Below, piece after piece: positions 27,320-39,959 of a stretch of 64,000 nt of DNA. The stretch covers positions 330,652 through 394,651 of the forward strand of contig NW_018404300.1 in the NCBI RefSeq assembly GCF_002113885.1. The letters run 5' to 3'. The notes under the pieces are model-generated. The model searched no databases. It was given only the letters and a program-made list of their open reading frames with translations, and had not been told where the DNA came from. Numbering within the stretch: position 1 is the first letter of the stretch; each line of letters starts with the position of its first letter. A program made the translations under genes and the position numbers. The stretch is from Mizuhopecten yessoensis. Its lineage: Eukaryota.

Positions 27320-27725
27320 GTAATTTATGGCAAAGTGACCAAGTTGTATGTGCATCTGTGCATGTAATTCAGGTGATAATATTAGCATAGCAAGTTGTTA
27401 CTATTTAGAAATATCTACATGCTAAAGCTTTTGGAAACTGTTTGGGTATTTCCATCTTATTCAATGTTTGAATAATCTGGGACGACCAATCGTGACATGA
27501 TGTCAAATTAACTATTGGCAGAATCCTAATATTTTCCGATTAATGTTCAGTGCCAAATAAGAAGTAAAATGATGTAGATTTAACGTTTTCCAGCTTTAGT
27601 CCTGTTTTAAGTAACTAGGTGCAGCAAACATTCTTTGTCTTGTGAAACAGTTATGTCTTCTTCTTCTTGACAAATGTAACATGTGTAAACTAATATGACT
27701 TCAATCAACATGTTTTGTTTTAAAG

Positions 27726-27837
27726 TGTTAACAAGTTCTCAAACGAAGGTAGACGACTCTAGCCCTTACATCCCTTCAAGTGTGAAAGTGACTGAGGAGC
27801 AGATCTGTGCTAGGAAAGTTTTTGATATGAAACGATG
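27726..27837 (+). CDS. BIVM: BIVM-family protein, coding exon 4
   Basis: ...EEQICARKVFDMKRW, similar to vertebrate BIVM RKVLDLRRW; phase 1/2. Confidence 0.9.
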
Positions 27838-28060
27838 GTATGTGTATTCATAAACTGATGGTGTATATATATCTATGGGTAATTAAATACAATTATTGAT
27901 ATCTGATGAGGTTACCATATTTTACTGCAAATAAGCCCCCACCCCTAGTGGAAAAAATAGACCAAATAGAGGAAGGGGGCTTAATTTTGAACATTAACTA
28001 AATATTGAAACATAAACACTGCACAGTAGCTAGACAGCAGTGTAAATAGCCTAACAAATG

Positions 28061-29503
28061 TGTCAGACCCGATTGTTTTGATTCAGACTGACTTGTAGGT
28101 TTTGGACATGAACAGTTTGTCAGTCCCAATTGTTTTGATTCAGACTGACTTGTAGGTTTTGGACATGAACAGTTGTCAGTCCCAATTGTTTTGATTCAGA
28201 CTGACTTGTAGGTTTTGGACATGAACAGTTGTCAGTCCCAATTGTTTTGATTCAGACTGACTTGTAGGTTTTGGACATGAACAGTTGTCAGTCCCAATTG
28301 TTTTGATTCAGACTGACTTGTAGGTTTTGGACATGAACAGTTGTCAGTCCCAATTGTTTTGATTCAGACTGACTTGTAGGTTTTGGACATGAACAGTTGT
28401 CAGTCCCAATTGTTTTGATTCAGACTGACTTGTAGGTTTTGGACATGAACAGTTGTCAGTCCCAATTGTTTTGATTCAGACTGACTTGTAGGTTTTGGAC
28501 ATGAACAGTTGTCAGTCCCAATTGTTTTGATTCAGACTGACTTGTAGGTTTTGGACATGAACAGTTGTCAGTCCCAATTGTTTTGATTCAGACTGACTTG
28601 TAGGTTTTGGACATGAACAGTTGTCAGTCCCAATTGTTTTGATTCAGACTGACTTGTAGGTTTTGGACATGAACAGTTGTCAGTCCCAATTGTTTTGATT
28701 CAGACTGACTTGTAGGTTTTGGACATGAACAGTTGTCAGTCCCAATTGTTTTGATTCAGACTGACTTGTAGGTTTTGGACATGAACAGTTGTCAGTCCCA
28801 ATTGTTTTGATTCAGACTGACTTGTAGGTTTTGGACATGAACAGTTGTCAGTCCCAATTGTTTTGATTCAGACTGACTTGTAGGTTTTGGACATGAACAG
28901 TTGTCAGTCCCAATTGTTTTGATTCAGACTGACTTGTAGGTTTTGGACATGAACAGTTGTCAGTCCCAATTGTTTTGATTCAGACTGACTTGTAGGTTTT
29001 GGACATGAACAGTTGTCAGTCCCAATTGTTTTGATTCAGACTGACTTGTAGGTTTTGGACATGAACAGTTGTCAGTCCCAATTGTTTTGATTCAGACTGA
29101 CTTGTAGGTTTTGGACATGAACAGTTGTCAGTCCCAATTGTTTTGATTCAGACTGACTTGTAGGTTTTGGACATGAACAGTTGTCAGTCCCAATTGTTTT
29201 GATTCAGACTGACTTGTAGGTTTTGGACATGAACAGTTGTCAGTCCCAATTGTTTTGATTCAGACTGACTTGTAGGTTTTGGACATGAACAGTTGTCAGT
29301 CCCAATTGTTTTGATTCAGACTGACTTGTAGGTTTTGGACATGAACAGTTGTCAGTCCCAATTGTTTTGATTCAGACTGACTTGTAGGTTTTGGACATGA
29401 ACAGTTGTCAGTCCCAATTGTTTTGATTCAGACTGACTTGTAGGTTTTGGACATGAACAGTTGTCAGTCCCAATTGTTTTGATTCAGACTGACTTGTAGG
29501 TTT
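28061..29503. repeat. 56-bp minisatellite, ~26 near-identical copies
   Basis: Unit gtcagtcccaattgttttgattcagactgacttgtaggttttggacatgaacagtt. Confidence 0.98.
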
Positions 29504-29647
29504 AATCGCTGCAGATCGGGGTCTTTTACTCACACTGCAGCAGCTTAATCTTATCAATTTTTAGAACTACTGTAACAAAAGCTTTACCATAAACAAAGCA
29601 CCAATCTGCATTGTTTCCAGTTTCAAAATTATTTTGGTTGTTTGTAG

Positions 29648-29743
29648 GGTGTGCGTGAGTCGACCACAGTACAGCAAGTCATGTGGAATTACCTCCCTTG
29701 TCTCCTGTTGGAACTTCCTATTTAGTTTACTGGGTAACGGAAG
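29648..29743 (+). CDS. BIVM: BIVM-family protein, coding exon 5
   Basis: [31 protein letters not shown], the BIVM signature; phase 2/2. Confidence 0.95.
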
Positions 29744-29768
29744 GTAAGGTGGTTATCTTTTGTATATT

Positions 29769-30598
29769 TGTAGCCGGGTTCCAATGCGAGGGTCATTAAA
29801 TATTACTCAACACCGGCGTTAGGGTTCACTTAGGTAGTTCATTACGGGTAACCCCGATAAACACATATCTACAAATGACAAATACAAACCATAAATACAC
29901 ATTCGTACGTACCTGCGCTCACAAATATAACATTCATTCATTTTAATATTAACTCAATTTAATAATAGTATTAAATTGCTATAGGCCTAGAAGAAAATAA
30001 TGGAATAGCTACTAATTATTTAGCAGTTACTTAGACAAGAATATATATATACGTTTTCTGGACATAGTGAAACTAAACTAGCGACTAAAATAGAGTCTCC
30101 AAAACCATGTGTTATCTAAAAGTTAATAATTTATGTTACAATTGTGTTAATTATAAATTGTACATAATATATAATATTTAAAACCTACATACAAACAATA
30201 CTCTCTCACTTATAACACTTACCGCTGTGTAACAGCAAAATGCAACTGTCTTGCTAATACCAGAGGGCTCAAGTAGACACGGCATATACATCCTTCTCCG
30301 TCGATGTATTTGGCCGGAGATGCCCAAATACGATACCCGACCCCAACTCTCTGGGACATGAATATAAGACACCACGTGACAAACACGACAGGTACACAGG
30401 TAACGCGCGTGAATAGGACATTAACACGGGTAACACGCATAACTCGCACAAATTGGACACGGAAGTATACGAAGTAAATGAATAGAGTAAATGATATACA
30501 AGATAAAGAATGTAAAAGATATACAGAAGAAGAATGAAAAGGAGAATTTATATACTTAAAACTTTAATTGGCCAAGCACTTAATAGGTGCCTGCCACA
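29769..30598. mobile_element. Solo LTR (Gypsy-like), 830 bp
   Basis: TGTAGCCGG...CCTGCCACA termini (TG..CA, imperfect IR) flanked by 4-bp TSD TATT. Confidence 0.75.
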
Positions 30599-30819
30599 TA
30601 TTATTCTCTATATAGGTTTCTTGATGAATAATGGTTTCATGAGTGCATTGTGCAGTAATTTAATATTTTCAAAAATATTCTGCCATTCATAGTGCATAGA
30701 GTGTATGTATGCATAAATTTGATGATATGTTTGTTTGTATTTCACTGACGTTACATATGTTTCAGAAAGTTTTAAGTTCTAATTTAGTGACGAGACATGT
30801 TTGTATGGTTGTGTTTCAG

Positions 30820-30924
30820 TCTAGCACCTATCACCCAGGAAGAGGCTCTCACCATTCTTGGGTTCAAACCACCATTTGACGAGATCAGATTTGGGCCGTT
30901 CACTGGAAACGCAACCTTAATGAC
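30820..30924 (+). CDS. BIVM: BIVM-family protein, coding exon 6
   Basis: [34 protein letters not shown]; phase 2/2. Confidence 0.95.
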
Positions 30925-31190
30925 GTAAGTTAACTGAAAAGAATCGTACTACATATTGTATCTTTTCTCTTTATTCAATATGAAAATAGTTGCTCTTGTA
31001 GTTATCTCCCCTGGCTCTGTAGTACTTGCTGGTACTTGGGTGATCCGATAGATTCACAATTTATAGTCATATGACACTGACTGGTAAAATATGGGGTTAT
31101 TTAACAGATTCACATAATTTCTCCATTTCAATGCTCTATTAAATAATAAGTATTATATAAGAAATGTTATGTGCTGTAGGTGTTAAATAG

Positions 31191-31322
31191 AGAGTAAGAA
31201 CCATTTAACTGGCTGGTTGTGCTGATGTGTAGGGAGAGTAAGAACCATTTAACAGGCTGGTTGTGCTGATGTGTAGGGAGAGTAAGAACCATTTAACTGG
31301 CTGGTTGTGCTGATGTGTAGGG
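31191..31322. repeat. 44-bp tandem repeat x3
   Basis: Unit agagtaagaaccatttaactggctggttgtgctgatgtgtaggg. Confidence 0.9.
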
Positions 31323-31572
31323 GCATAATATAATAAGGGATCCTTGTTTCTAATCATAACTTAATCATGGTTGGCTCTGTCTTTTGCTTACCTTCCCCAC
31401 TCACCCAGTATCTTCATGTCGTGTGAATTTCAGAGAACCTGATTGGAAAAATATATGCCAATGTCATGAAATTCCCCTTTCTGCTATGAATGATACATGA
31501 GCATTCAATATGTTGTTTTATCACAACAAAATGCAGAAGAGCTTTGCAATAAGATTTTATAGAAAATAGCAC

Positions 31573-31737
31573 CTGATCACGTGTAAGGCAGTCAGCTGAT
31601 CACGTGTAAGCCAGTCAGCTGATCACGTGTAAGGCAGTCAGCTGATCACGTGTAAACCAGTCAGCTGATCACGTGTAAGGCAGTCAGCTGATCACGTGTA
31701 AGCCAGTCAGCTGATCACGTGTAAGCCAGTCAGCTGA
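31573..31737. repeat. 23-bp tandem repeat x7 containing CACGTG and CAGCTG
   Basis: Unit ctgatcacgtgtaaggcagtcag. Confidence 0.95.
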
Positions 31738-32078
31738 AGGGGTATACTTGTGGGATGACAGTGTTGAGGATGATGCAGGTGGATAGGATATGATTGATAA
31801 TCTCTATAAATGTAATTCAGCTCAGAAATAACTGTTATATCATTTTATAAACTAAAAGATCTCCAGATTTGTTGGTTTATGCTTATAAGACCTGTTTGAA
31901 TGTATTTAAACTGCACAACCACTGGAGTTTTTTTTCTATATTTTTGTTTTTGTGTTAAAATGAATGACAACAACAAACTTCAAGATCCCTGGTTCATACA
32001 TTGGTCAAAATCTCTGCAGAGCTTACATCATTTTTCTCAAAATAAAATGTATTATATTGAACATGTATATTTTGTCAG

Positions 32079-32306
32079 ATGGTTCAAGAAGCTAAACGAC
32101 CACTTTAAAGTGCGTGGGCAGAGCTACTTTACATACAAACCTCACGGTAAGGACAAGACCTTTGGGATGACATCAGACATGGCCCTCCAGGCAATTAAAA
32201 AAGGACTGCAGGACCCCAACACAAGCTACATCTACCACTGCCAGAATCATTACTTCTGTCCAATCGGATTTGAGGATACACCCCTAAAAGCTGAGGAGGC
32301 TTACAG
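32079..32306 (+). CDS. BIVM: BIVM-family protein, coding exon 7
   Basis: [13 protein letters not shown]...YKPHGKDKT...[17 protein letters not shown]; phase 2/2. Confidence 0.95.
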
Positions 32307-33029
32307 GTAATGAACACTTTTGTACCCTAGGTATATACAGTATATACCACTACTGATACTTTGTCCCAAGGATTTTAAGGATACACCCCTCAATGCTGTG
32401 GAGGCTTACAGGTAATGAACACTTTTGTACCCTAGGTATATATATACCACTCCCAATACTTTGTCCCAAGGATTTTAAGGATACACCCCTCAATGCTGAG
32501 GAGGCTTACAGGTAATGAACACTTTTGTACCCTAGGTATATACAGTATATACCACTCCCGATACTTTGTCCCAAGGATTTTAAGGATACACCCCTCAAAG
32601 CTGAGGAGGCTTACAGGTAATGAACACTTTTGTACCCTAGGTATATATACCACTCCCGATACTTTGTCCCAAGGATTTTTAAGGATACACCCCTCAAAGC
32701 TGAGGAGGCTTACAGGTAATGAACACTTTTGTACCCTAGGCACATGTATATATATACCACTCCCAATACTTTTGTCCCAAGGATTTTAAGGATACACCCC
32801 TCAATGCTGAGGAGGCTTACAGGTAATGAACACTTTTGTACCCTAGCTATATATATACCACTCCTGATACTTTTGTCCCAAGGATTTTAAGGATACACCC
32901 CTCAAAGCTGAGGAGGCTTACAGGTAATGAACACTTTTGTACCCTAGGTATATATATATACCACTACTGATACTTTTGTCCCAAGGATTTTAAGGATACA
33001 CCCCTCAATGCTGAGGAGGCTTACAGGTA
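32266..33029 (+). repeat. ~100-bp tandem repeat spanning the exon 7 end and donor site (8 copies of gcttacag|gta)
   Basis: aggatacacccct..gctgaggaggcttacaggtaatgaacacttttgtaccctag repeated. Confidence 0.95.
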
Positions 33030-33682
33030 TGGTACATCGGTACTCCAGTTATACCTGTATATAGCTATCACCACAATCAGTTCTGAGGGGTTCGAGGGTA
33101 CAACTGTTACAGCTTTGATATATGTGGCAGTTGGTTATGAGGCATTCCGTTTTACTTATGTCAAATATGGTTTGAGGATATGCACCCAAGTCTAAGGAGG
33201 CAACTATTAATAGGTCACTGTCAGAACCAGTGCCACATCAGTTATCTGATTGTACTAAATATACCATATTCATTTACCAGAGTTTGATCTCCAGTTTTCC
33301 TAAACTGGGAATGATCCAGAAAGTGTCAGAGATTAATGCTATCTTCTCACACAATCCGACCTCAAACGTTGGTTCTAGTTAACCAGTGGTTAGGAAAACA
33401 TTTAAAATATGAATATAACTAAATAAAGACGTCCAGAAAGATATCATTTCCTTGCTGTAGATCAGTTGCGACAAATCAGATCAATGTGTTATTGTGTTTT
33501 GAGGATTAATTTTGCTTTGTTTAGCATTTGTTTCTTCAACAATTAAATTTTTTCACTAACCACTGGTTAAAGTTAACCAACTTTGAACAACTGGAGTCTG
33601 ATGTCCTGAAAAACACAGAAGGATGATAATGTTACGTGTCTTGTGATATTGGTATTTATGTTGGCTGTGTTAACTATTTCAG

Positions 33683-33766
33683 TGGACCCCTTGCCCAGGA
33701 GGACGTAGAAACACATATTCTGATTGGAGACTGTGCAATCAAACACCCAAGTATACACTGCAAAAA
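33683..33766 (+). CDS. BIVM: BIVM-family protein, coding exon 8
   Basis: GPLAQEDVETHILIGDCAIKHPSIHCK; phase 2/2. Confidence 0.93.
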
Positions 33767-34386
33767 GTAAGTTTGTAAATGAGTTACAAAATGATAAAAG
33801 GAATACTGATTGACTGATTATTCTTTGTCTGACAAAGGTGTACCTCACACCTAGTCATTGAAATGTGAGTACAGTGGATTAAAATGTATTAAAAACCTCT
33901 TACCTATTTAATGAAATGACATGCAAAGTCACATTGGAATCACACTTGTTATTTGAATATTTGTGAGCTATAATTATGCTTCCCCCACCAAAGTTAGTGA
34001 GGTACTGGATTCAGGTTGTCTGTGTGTCTGTTCGTCCTTAGATGGAATCTTTTCTGGACAGCTCCTAACTTTTCATTGATATTTCTTGAAACTTTTGTGG
34101 AAGCTATATGCCCCCTTAGAAAACTGATAGCCAAGTCTTCTTTATTCTGATCTACATCTACATTATGGCCAGAACAATGGTCCTGAAGCTTCTTTACATA
34201 CTTTTACGGAATTGCTACATATTGTCAACATTTGGTATAACTACATTTCTGTTGACCTTGCTTTGGCAATTTTATGGGGGAGCTTTTATATTTATAGTTG
34301 CGTGTAGTTGTGTGTTGAATTCACAGTTAGTCAATGGTAAATAATTATGTAGAAGTGGTCACAATATTGTAATTATTTTGTTGTAG

Positions 34387-34849
34387 ATGGGAGGATATTT
34401 CCATCGACCTGAATTGTGTCAATCCTGAGTACCTTAACATTCGTCGCCTGCAAGAAGGACTGCAGAAACGCAAGGCCAAAAAGCCTGGTGGTAATCTTCA
34501 TTGCATCATGGCATTTCGCAAAAACAATTTTCAGTCTATTCACAGAACTCATATCCCTGTGTTTGGGGGTGGGGCTAAAACAAGAACACGATCAACATCA
34601 AACCAAGCACTAAATGTTTCACCGGGCACACACGTTTCTACAACAGGGACCCCCATTATGCCAATGTCTGCTGACACAACTGCCAAACTTGGTAATAATA
34701 ATGAAATCTCAATGGGAGTGAATCATCATTCTGAAGTGTTGCCTAGCAACGGATTTGGTGACGGTGAGCATCCACAGGTAGGAGATGTAAAGCAGACAGA
34801 GGAGGAGGAGGAGAATATGTGTTCAGAGGATGAAGAGGATGATGAATAA
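34387..34849 (+). CDS. BIVM: BIVM-family protein, last coding exon
   Basis: WEDISIDLNCVNPEYLNIRRL...GGNLHCIMAF...EDEEDDE*; total spliced CDS 2472 nt. Confidence 0.93.
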
Positions 34850-37549
34850 GTCGTGAATTTTTGGGAACATTTGTTTTATAAATGTGTATTATACAATTCT
34901 GTTATTGGTTTACAAGACAGTATGATCTGCTGATTTTCCAAACTCATTAGCTCCTACATCTCTGGTAAATGTATTTTGAAATATATTTGTTTGAATAGCG
35001 AGCTATCTTAATGTAAATTATTATGGTTTAACCAAAAGTAAATTTTGGGTTTCTTAAGAGACAATGTTTACAATACCTGGTATTTACTACAAAAACTTAA
35101 AGATTGGTAATTTATAGTCCTGTTATATTTTTGATACATGTTGAGTTGTACAGTTGTCTGGTGACAAATGGTAACTATTGTGGTCATATCACAATGAACC
35201 GGGGATGTTTTCATTGATCGCATTCTAAACAGTTTGACCGATTGAACCAGTTGTTTGTTTATGAAATAGGGATGGACTTGGTTATCTGATGTTGCGTTCT
35301 GATGAGCCTTGATGAAGACTTCTAAGGCCTGTATCTGCATTTATCCCAGAAATATCACATATAGAAAAAATGGCCTTCTTGTTTGTTGGCAAAAAGAAAC
35401 AGGCCCATTGTCTTTAAAGTAGATAATTTTTATTTTAAAAGTTGCCAGTTCAACTTGAAAGCCGATACACTGTATAGAATGAAAAAGTGGATATTAAATT
35501 CAACATATATTGGATGTTTCAAAAGGGAATGGAAAATTTAATTCAGTGAAATGAAGATAGTTATGTGTGTGAATACATTTCTTACATAGAATTTTGCTAC
35601 AGTGCTGCATATTGATCTGTTAGATATTTACAAGTGATTTGAGGTGAATTATAAGTGTGCTAAAAGTGATATCTTAAAGATCCCTGTACCACTGCCAAAG
35701 TCTATCTAAACACTGGTTACTGGTTTTTCTGGCATGATATAGCTATTATAAATCATTTCTGGAACGAAAACTATGCCTTATGATAAAGTTGAAATAAACG
35801 AAATACAATCAGTGTACTGTGTAAAAACAATAATAGCAGACCTAGACCAGGATTCAAACAGCCTAGATCTCTGTTGTTCTACTATCGCTCTAACTGACTG
35901 AGCTACCTGGTCAACAGAAGTGTCCTTCCCAACTGTGCTACAGTTAAATCCAGAACGAAATTAAGGGGAGACAACTGTATATACGAAAAGCCAGAGTGCA
36001 GTGGGACAGGGACCCTTAACACAGTGAAGATATCACAAATGCGATGATATTCAGAAAAATATTGAATCTCAAATATATGCAAAATTAAGGGAATATAATG
36101 AAGGAGAACAAGTGTGACATGTTTTCATTGATTGATATTTCTTGAATTTTTTTTTTTTACATGAATAAGGACAAAAACTTACTAAAGGCCAAGTTGTAAA
36201 TTTTTTGCTGCCTGAATATTTTTACAATTAACTGTGATAAAATGTACAGCTAGTGTAGTGTTTTGTCTGTAATATTGTTTTTCTGATTGTAAGCCTCATT
36301 GATACTCGAGCTCTAACCCACTAGGTTCACCAGTTGTTGACCTTTAGATGATGAAACACCATCTACAGTCACTCCAAAATCTCAGTTCGTCTCATTACAC
36401 AGTGGAATCTGTGTAAACAATCTGTTAAAACTGACACTAGGAAATTGTTGTCAACGAGTCAGGTATCATTGAGTAAAGTTTTTACTGCGATGTAATTAAC
36501 AAGGGAGGCAACTGGAACAATTTGCAGGTACAAAATTTTACCACTGCTTAACATGTGTTGTCAATATTAGACACAAAGGAATACGTGTAATGAAAATCAT
36601 CATTCTGGTGAAATTTTATAATCTGTATAAAACATAAATCTACAAATTCTAAGTTCCCGGTAATATGTGTTCACCTGATCACACATTTTGTTTATGATTT
36701 ACTGAAATGCACACCTTGCTTTACAATCTACATACAAATAAACATAGGAAACATACACTGTACATATACATCTGTAATAATATTAAGCATTAATTGAAAA
36801 TATGAATGTTTTAACAAATAGGTCGAACCTAGTATTTCATTTTTGTTATTATATGTTTATATTTTTGTTTATGTGTTATATAAGATCTCACAGTGACAGC
36901 TATGCTTGATGAATTGCTGTCAAGGTCTGAGAAAGTTTAACGGACCTGTCTCGGGCACAGCATCAATCATCAGGAGAAATCTGTCTTCCCGACTGGAACC
37001 CAGGACTTTAGATTATAATTAAGAGTTACTCAATGACTGAAAAGTTAAATAAAAAACAAATACTAATTGAAAACTTTCACCTTAAGTATAATCGGTAAAA
37101 AATATATCAATCAATCATCAATTAAGGAAAGAATTCTGTTTTGTCAATCAATTTTCTGACAGAATGCTACTTCAAGAATGAATAAATGATATATTCTAAA
37201 ATAGATGAAAAAGAGCTGATAATTTGGGGCACTGCATCTTTGATGGGGCCCTAATTACAGAATTAGGAGAATTTTAAAGTAGAACCTGAAGCGGAAGAAG
37301 TGGGGTCCAGCCTGATCTGTTTATTGATTTTGAACATGGAATCAAGCAGCTTGATACCAAATGTGTCTCCTTGTTTGATCACTATATTTAATTCCTATTC
37401 TACAAATTCTCTACATAGAGATGTTACACAACAGTTATATATCTATATACATTGTATTTCACATTATCATTTACATAGCTCATTCATATATAGTAAAGTC
37501 TTGTCTTGTTTATGTAAGTTAACATAAAATGGTTTCAAAAGTGATGTGT

Positions 37550-38108
37550 GCTTTTAGTTGTATTTGAGCGAGATATATCATGATCACTAGACCGCCACGG
37601 CCGCCATTTTGAAAAAAAAAATCAGACTTGAGTTCTACTGGGTCGATTAAACTGAAACTTGGTAGGAATGATCGACTCATGGTCCTGACAAAGTGTTGTT
37701 ATTTTTCGGGTTGATCAGAAATCCAATATGGCCACCACGGCCACCATTTTGAAAAACTATTTCAAACTCTTCAAGCTCTTCTGAGCCGATTAGCTGAAAC
37801 TTGGTAGGAATGAATGACTCATGGTCCTTGCAAAGTGTTCTTTTTATCCGGGCCGATCGAAAATCAAATATGGCCACCACGACCGCCATTTCGGAAAAAT
37901 ATATTTCAAACTTAAATAGGCCGATTAACTGAAACTTGGTCTAGGAATGATCAACTCATGGTCCTGACAAACTTAACTTGACGTTATACTTAACTATTTT
38001 TTACTCAAATTGGTAGGGAAGATTGACATCATTATCTCCACTTCATATTTCAACAAAAAATTTTTTTGTAGGACTCGGGTGACCATTAAGGCCCATGGGC
38101 CTCTTGTT
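37550..38108 (+). mobile_element. HINE-like element (5'-degraded), same family as 58398-58798
   Basis: aaacttggtaggaatga..catggtcctgacaaag repeats; 3' end ggtgaccattaaggcccatgggcctcttgtt. Confidence 0.7.
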
Positions 38109-39959
38109 ACCAGAGTTATGGCCCTTTTAAACTTGGAGTTTTATACACATGTCAAAAATGTTGACGGGAAGTATTATGATAAGAGGAACATTTGTCTGTC
38201 CTATCAATTCTTTCACACTTTGGTCTGCAAGATAGCTTGCTAAAATATCGTTCAGTTTTGATGAAACTTGGAATGCATTTACATTTTACGAAGACTGAGA
38301 CTAAGTTTAAACTTGAGCAATCTCAGTACGTACTGTGCTGTGATTGGTCAACGTTTTGAGCACAATAACTTTGTAAGTATGACTGGATTCTCTTGCTACT
38401 TGGTTAATATTTGTTTTATACAATGACAAAAGCTGCACAACATTAGCATGCTGCTATCTGACTGTTCGATGGTTTCCGCACAATAACTTTGTCAAATATG
38501 ACTGGATTCTGATAAAACTTTGTCAATATTTACACATCGCAAAATCTGCCAGTAAGTAATGAATACAGTGTAAATGTTGTTTCATTCTCCTTCCATCTCC
38601 ATATTTTCAGATACAATAATGCATCAGGGGATTTTAATTTGTCACATTGGCATGGGATGCGCTCTGCTATACTTCAAGTTCTTGTGAAAACAGCTTGTTC
38701 CCCAGTTTTCAAACAAATGTTAGGAAATTTTGTACATTTCACAAGTATCATATCTGTATGAAGAATTGCATATCATGTAAGTTAGACCCTGTATCAATCG
38801 GGTTTTACAAGAGTTATTGCCCTTTGAAACTTTTTCTTGTGAGTTCAACTAGTCCTTATTTTTCAACCGGTTGTTACAAAATTTTGAATGTGTCATGGTT
38901 ATTATATGAAGATTCCAAGATCATAAAAACAGATTCTGCCTCAATATTACAGGAGTTATTGCCCTTTGAAACTTAATCTTTCTTGTGAGCATAACTAGTC
39001 CTAGTTTTCACACATTTGTTCCTGAATGTTGTACGTTTTACAGATGTGATATATGCTTAAACTTATTAACAACTCCCAAATGATCACAAGTCCTACTGTC
39101 ATAATATTTTGGCTAAAACATGCTTGGAAAAAGGGATATCAAGGTTGTTTAAATGCACGACCTTGACCCATTTTGAAGGTTACAAGGGTAATTGTTTAAA
39201 ACCTTTGAACAACTAAACTGAATAACCAAGAGGCTGAGGCTCTGAATATTTGACCAATAGCTTGCTGGAATAACAGGTTGTAAAATGTCAAATAACAAGA
39301 TCACTGGGGGAAAATGTGTTAAATATTTATGGTAATTACTTACTCCAAATAAGCAAGATGTGTTTGGGCCAGTGAGTGAGTATTTGACTGGTTGCATGCT
39401 GGGATCATGGAATATAAGCTGTTTATTTTCTTCAAATTAAAACCATTGACCCCCTTTCAAGGTCACATGTGTCAGGGGTGTTAAAGCATTTAAATAACCT
39501 CTGAATAACTAAGGGGACTTGTGTTGTGATATTTAGCTTTATCTGCTTATAACATGTTAGGATGAATGGTTATCAAGTTTGTTCAAATAAATGGCCTTGA
39601 CCTACTTAAAAGATACAAGATACAAATAAAAACTTTCAAATGAGTTCCTCTCAAGGAGTCTCATGAGTACCAAGAGGCCAAAGCTCGTGTTGTACTTGTA
39701 GAATGTGGAGGTGATATGCTATTATGTTTACATCATAAATGACCTGGATCCACTTTCAGAAAGTGCTAGAGTTAAAATGGGCTACAAATTGAAAAAAAAG
39801 ATTGTTCTGATGAAAGACCTTTACCTCATTTGCAAGTCACATGGGTGAAATGTGTTTGAATAACCAAGAGCCATAAGATGCATGGTTATGCAGTACAAAC
39901 TGGAAAGTGCCATTTTATACACAAAGGGAATTTATAGAGATAGAGGTATCATCTATAAA

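Noticed and set aside
26434-27390. Stand-alone 318-aa gene
   Set aside because: Bounded by an acceptor (26416) and a donor (27320); it is an internal BIVM exon.
28061-29503. CRISPR-like array
   Set aside because: Units are contiguous and identical with no unique spacers, there are no cas genes, and the context is a eukaryotic intron.
32432-32789. Overlapping ~100-aa ORFs on both strands
   Set aside because: Products of the ~100-bp donor-spanning repeat.
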